NCBI GenBank assembly: GCA_000002445.1
Contig: CM000207.1
Coordinates: 416,001 to 480,000, forward strand
DNA from: Trypanosoma brucei
Lineage: Eukaryota
Direction of reading: 5' to 3'
DNA length: 64,000 nt
A program made the position numbers and the translations under genes. Below, piece after piece: positions 61,523 to 64,000 of this stretch. The stretch's first letter is position 1, and the number at the start of each line of letters is the position of its first letter. Under the pieces are notes generated by a model. That model was not told the DNA's origin. It searched no databases and saw nothing but the letters and a program-made list of their open reading frames with translations.

Positions 61523-64000
61523 TTACTCCGACATTATCTTTTCGTACAGAAAAGCAAACATATCCGCCATTCCCTCATCCACGTCGGGTTTCGCTTGACC
61601 GAACTGTTTGTTCCCCACTTCCTGGCAATCATATGTCTCAGTGAGTTGGGCGGGACGTTGCTCTTCACCTACGCGATGCATAAACGACAAACGGGGTCCT
61701 TCAGACTCAAGTTTGCTACTCAATTTTCCTGACCCCGCTGTGCTGTGAACTGTTAAGGCTCCGTTATCCGCACATGTGAGCTCGGTTGATACACACACCG
61801 CTGAGCACGTACGCCGATGTGGGCAACCAATCGCGGAATGGCGGGGTGCACTACTGGCGCGACCATCGCCAGTTTGTTCCTTCTGGGTTTTTGGATGGCT
61901 ACCATCCCCTCCGGTGGCATGAGAACCAACGGAGGGTGTATGGACAGGCCCATCACAAATTAATGAGGATGCTGAGGTGGACAGCCGAGAAACCACTCGG
62001 GGAAGCTGGCGGTTGCTCCTTTCTTTTTCCTCCTCCCCTTCCCCCAAATTGGCGTCTGCAACCATGGAATGTGGAACAAGCGACAGCTTCTTCGCTAGTA
62101 GCGCCCCTTGGCGCATCCACGGATGGGTGAGCGCCTCACAAAGCTCAAACCGCGTGCGTGGCTGGGGATCTAGGAGAGATTGAACGAATGAGATGGCCAC
62201 TGTGCTGACATTTTCCCAGCGGCTGCTGTTGCACGCCGGCACGCAAAGCTTCTGTTGCCACATCGTCGCCCGAGATGTTCCATTAAAGGGGAAACAGCCA
62301 CTCAAGAGCACATACGTCACAATGCCAACCGCATAAGCATCCAACTTGCGGGCCTCACAGACAGCTATGGTCTTCTGCTTCCACCCCCTCTGCAAAATCC
62401 ACTGCAATATTTCTGGTGGCAAATACCTTTCAGTACCACAAGGTGTGAACGATAAAAGTGTATCATCGTGGTGATGTGAATCATCCTCCAGCAGTGAGGA
62501 AGGTGCAGGACACTCATGATCAGTAAGCGGAACCGACGCACTTCCCTGCGCTCCGGCGATAGCGCGCGTAGGCATGGCACCCTTCGGCTGTCGGTCCTGC
62601 TGTGTCCCATCCTCTTCATCACCCACCAAAAGGGTGGTTGGAATTTTTGCTGTTGAATCACTTGTCGACCCCGCTCGACTGAGGACTGGTGGAGTGTTAT
62701 TTGAAATTGCAACCGGGACCGTTACCCTGTGAGACAACCCCTCGTCGTCTTCTGATTCTTCTTGTTTGCTCTCAAGTGTCCCTTCTCCACCAGCGACATC
62801 ATCCACGCGCCTCGGTTCTTTTTCCACCTTACCACATGAGGCGAAGGATAACTCAGGGAGATTGAAACCCCCACCAACTGCCACAGTGCCACTGCTCTTG
62901 GGACTTCCTTTTCGGATTATGGGCTTCCGTGTGTCGCTCCCCTCTTCCATCTTCTTTTCTACTGAGGGATTTCCAGTGCCGCTACACCTTGACATATGCA
63001 TTGACAGGCCAAAATCGATGAGGGTTACCTTCAACAGCCGTTCCATCTCATCGGTAGCAGTAGAAACGTTGACGGAAACTGGCTCCCACCACCTATAAGA
63101 CGAAGACCGTGCTTTACTGTCCGCAACTTCGGTGCGGTTGCCGCGTTCACACCCATCTCCCGTTCTCTTGGTGTGCTCCTTCTCGGTCCTTCCAGACACA
63201 TCCTCCTCGTTGTGAGTGTGACTTCGGTTTTTCGACCTCGGAGAAGACTCCACACTACCACCCGTTTCCATAGCTTTCCGGATAATACTTATTGATTGAT
63301 CGACTCGGGAAAGCAGTATATTCTCCAGTTTTATGTCTCGATGCAGGACCTCCTTGACATTGTGCAGGTAATTGACCGCTTCCACAAGCTGATAAACTAT
63401 TAACGAAGCATGCGCCTCATTAAGTGGTCCATGCGCGCGAACGTAGCGCAGGGCATCGATATTACCTTTACCCATGTCCATAACAATTGCAAACTCCTCT
63501 GGAGTTTGCAGTGTTCCAATAAGGTGGGAGCATCCGCTGTGCTCGAGAGCAGCGAGGATTGATACCTCTTCTGCGATTCTTTGCAGTTGTCGCCACTCTG
63601 CGTCACTTTCACTTTGTCGAGGATATTTGCCACACGCGCAATGTTGCGCGGAAGTGCTCGAAACCACGTGCCTCCCCATGTCACTTTCCCCCCTTCTCGC
63701 TGCATGGGGCGCAACCTTGTAACGGCCGCCTCGCTCCGAACGCACACGAGGAATTACTTTTATCGCCACAAAGGAATCACTTGGTCCAGCACTACGGTTG
63801 CAGTTGTTTGCCCCACATGAGCGGCCACCGGTTCCTTGAAACAGGGGAACGGCCCGATACACTCGCGAAAAAGCACCACAGTCAATGTAGTCCCTACCTG
63901 GATGAAAAGCATAGAGATCCTGTAAAGAGTCCACTATCTTGCATTCGTGCAGTGCCGATAATACCCCGGCTCCGTTCTTGTTGCTAACAGAGCCGGTCAC
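61523..64000 (-). CDS. Ser/Thr protein kinase. It is 5'-truncated by the window edge; the N-terminus continues beyond 64000.
   Basis: Canonical motifs appear in order: GAFSRVYRA (Gly-loop), VAIKVI (beta3 Lys), HRDIKLENILL (catalytic loop), LIDFGLS (DFG), PCGTERYLPPEIL (APE) and DAYAVGIVTYVLLSGCFPF (subdomain IX). Very large inserts lie between the catalytic loop and DFG (about 90 aa) and between DFG and APE (about 190 aa). The first codon at the window edge is GTG, so the ORF is open at the boundary. Confidence 0.8.
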   Translation of the reverse strand: MTGSVSNKNGAGVLSALHECKIVDSLQDLYAFHPGRDYIDCGAFSRVYRAVPLFQGTGGRSCGANNCNRSAGPSDSFVAIKVIPRVRSERGGRYKVAPHAARRGESDMGRHVVSSTSAQHCACGKYPRQSESDAEWRQLQRIAEEVSILAALEHSGCSHLIGTLQTPEEFAIVMDMGKGNIDALRYVRAHGPLNEAHASLIVYQLVEAVNYLHNVKEVLHRDIKLENILLSRVDQSISIIRKAMETGGSVESSPRSKNRSHTHNEEDVSGRTEKEHTKRTGDGCERGNRTEVADSKARSSSYRWWEPVSVNVSTATDEMERLLKVTLIDFGLSMHMSRCSGTGNPSVEKKMEEGSDTRKPIIRKGSPKSSGTVAVGGGFNLPELSFASCGKVEKEPRRVDDVAGGEGTLESKQEESEDDEGLSHRVTVPVAISNNTPPVLSRAGSTSDSTAKIPTTLLVGDEEDGTQQDRQPKGAMPTRAIAGAQGSASVPLTDHECPAPSSLLEDDSHHHDDTLLSFTPCGTERYLPPEILQWILQRGWKQKTIAVCEARKLDAYAVGIVTYVLLSGCFPFNGTSRATMWQQKLCVPACNSSRWENVSTVAISFVQSLLDPQPRTRFELCEALTHPWMRQGALLAKKLSLVPHSMVADANLGEGEEEKERSNRQLPRVVSRLSTSASSLICDGPVHTPSVGSHATGGDGSHPKTQKEQTGDGRASSAPRHSAIGCPHRRTCSAVCVSTELTCADNGALTVHSTAGSGKLSSKLESEGPRLSFMHRVGEEQRPAQLTETYDCQEVGNKQFGQAKPDVDEGMADMFAFLYEKIMSE

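Noticed and set aside
1-64000. tRNA, 5S, SL-RNA or snoRNA genes
   Set aside because: I searched by eye for T-loop GGTTCGAATCC and its complement, for SL RNA, and for 5S hallmarks, and found none. Small RNAs cannot be excluded without covariance-model scans.

Overview
The gene structure, composition and recognisable families indicate a trypanosomatid nuclear chromosome segment, most likely Trypanosoma cruzi or a close relative. The evidence is that there are no introns, every credible gene is on the minus strand (one 64-kb directional polycistronic unit), GC content looks near 50% by eye, intergenic regions carry (TA)n/(CA)n microsatellites, protein-coding genes show purine-rich plus-strand tracts just upstream (polypyrimidine tracts on the coding strand, as used for trans-splicing), and there is a retroelement whose 5' end and 2A-bearing ORF match the L1Tc/ingi clade. 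I support about 24 genes. They are two tandem 60S ribosomal protein L35 copies, a WD40 protein, a nitrilase-superfamily omega-amidase-like enzyme, a Sec1/Munc18 protein, a kynureninase-like gene, ribosomal protein L38, an ORC/CDC6-family AAA+ ATPase, a Yip1-domain protein, an ARF-like GTPase with large insertions, an FtsJ-type methyltransferase, a twin-Cx9C protein, a kinase-like probable pseudokinase, a Ser/Thr kinase truncated by the window edge, and several hypothetical proteins. The only plus-strand element is a degenerate, frameshifted L1Tc-like non-LTR retrotransposon inserted antisense to the transcription unit; it has a Pr77-like 5' end, a viral-type 2A motif (DVEENPGP), an AP-endonuclease domain and a reverse-transcriptase domain. 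The most striking feature is an 8.5-kb gene (2843 aa) containing about 72 near-identical 51-bp (17-aa) tandem repeats, which looks like a lineage-specific repetitive surface or antigen-type protein. I did not find tRNA, rRNA, SL RNA or prokaryotic-style elements.
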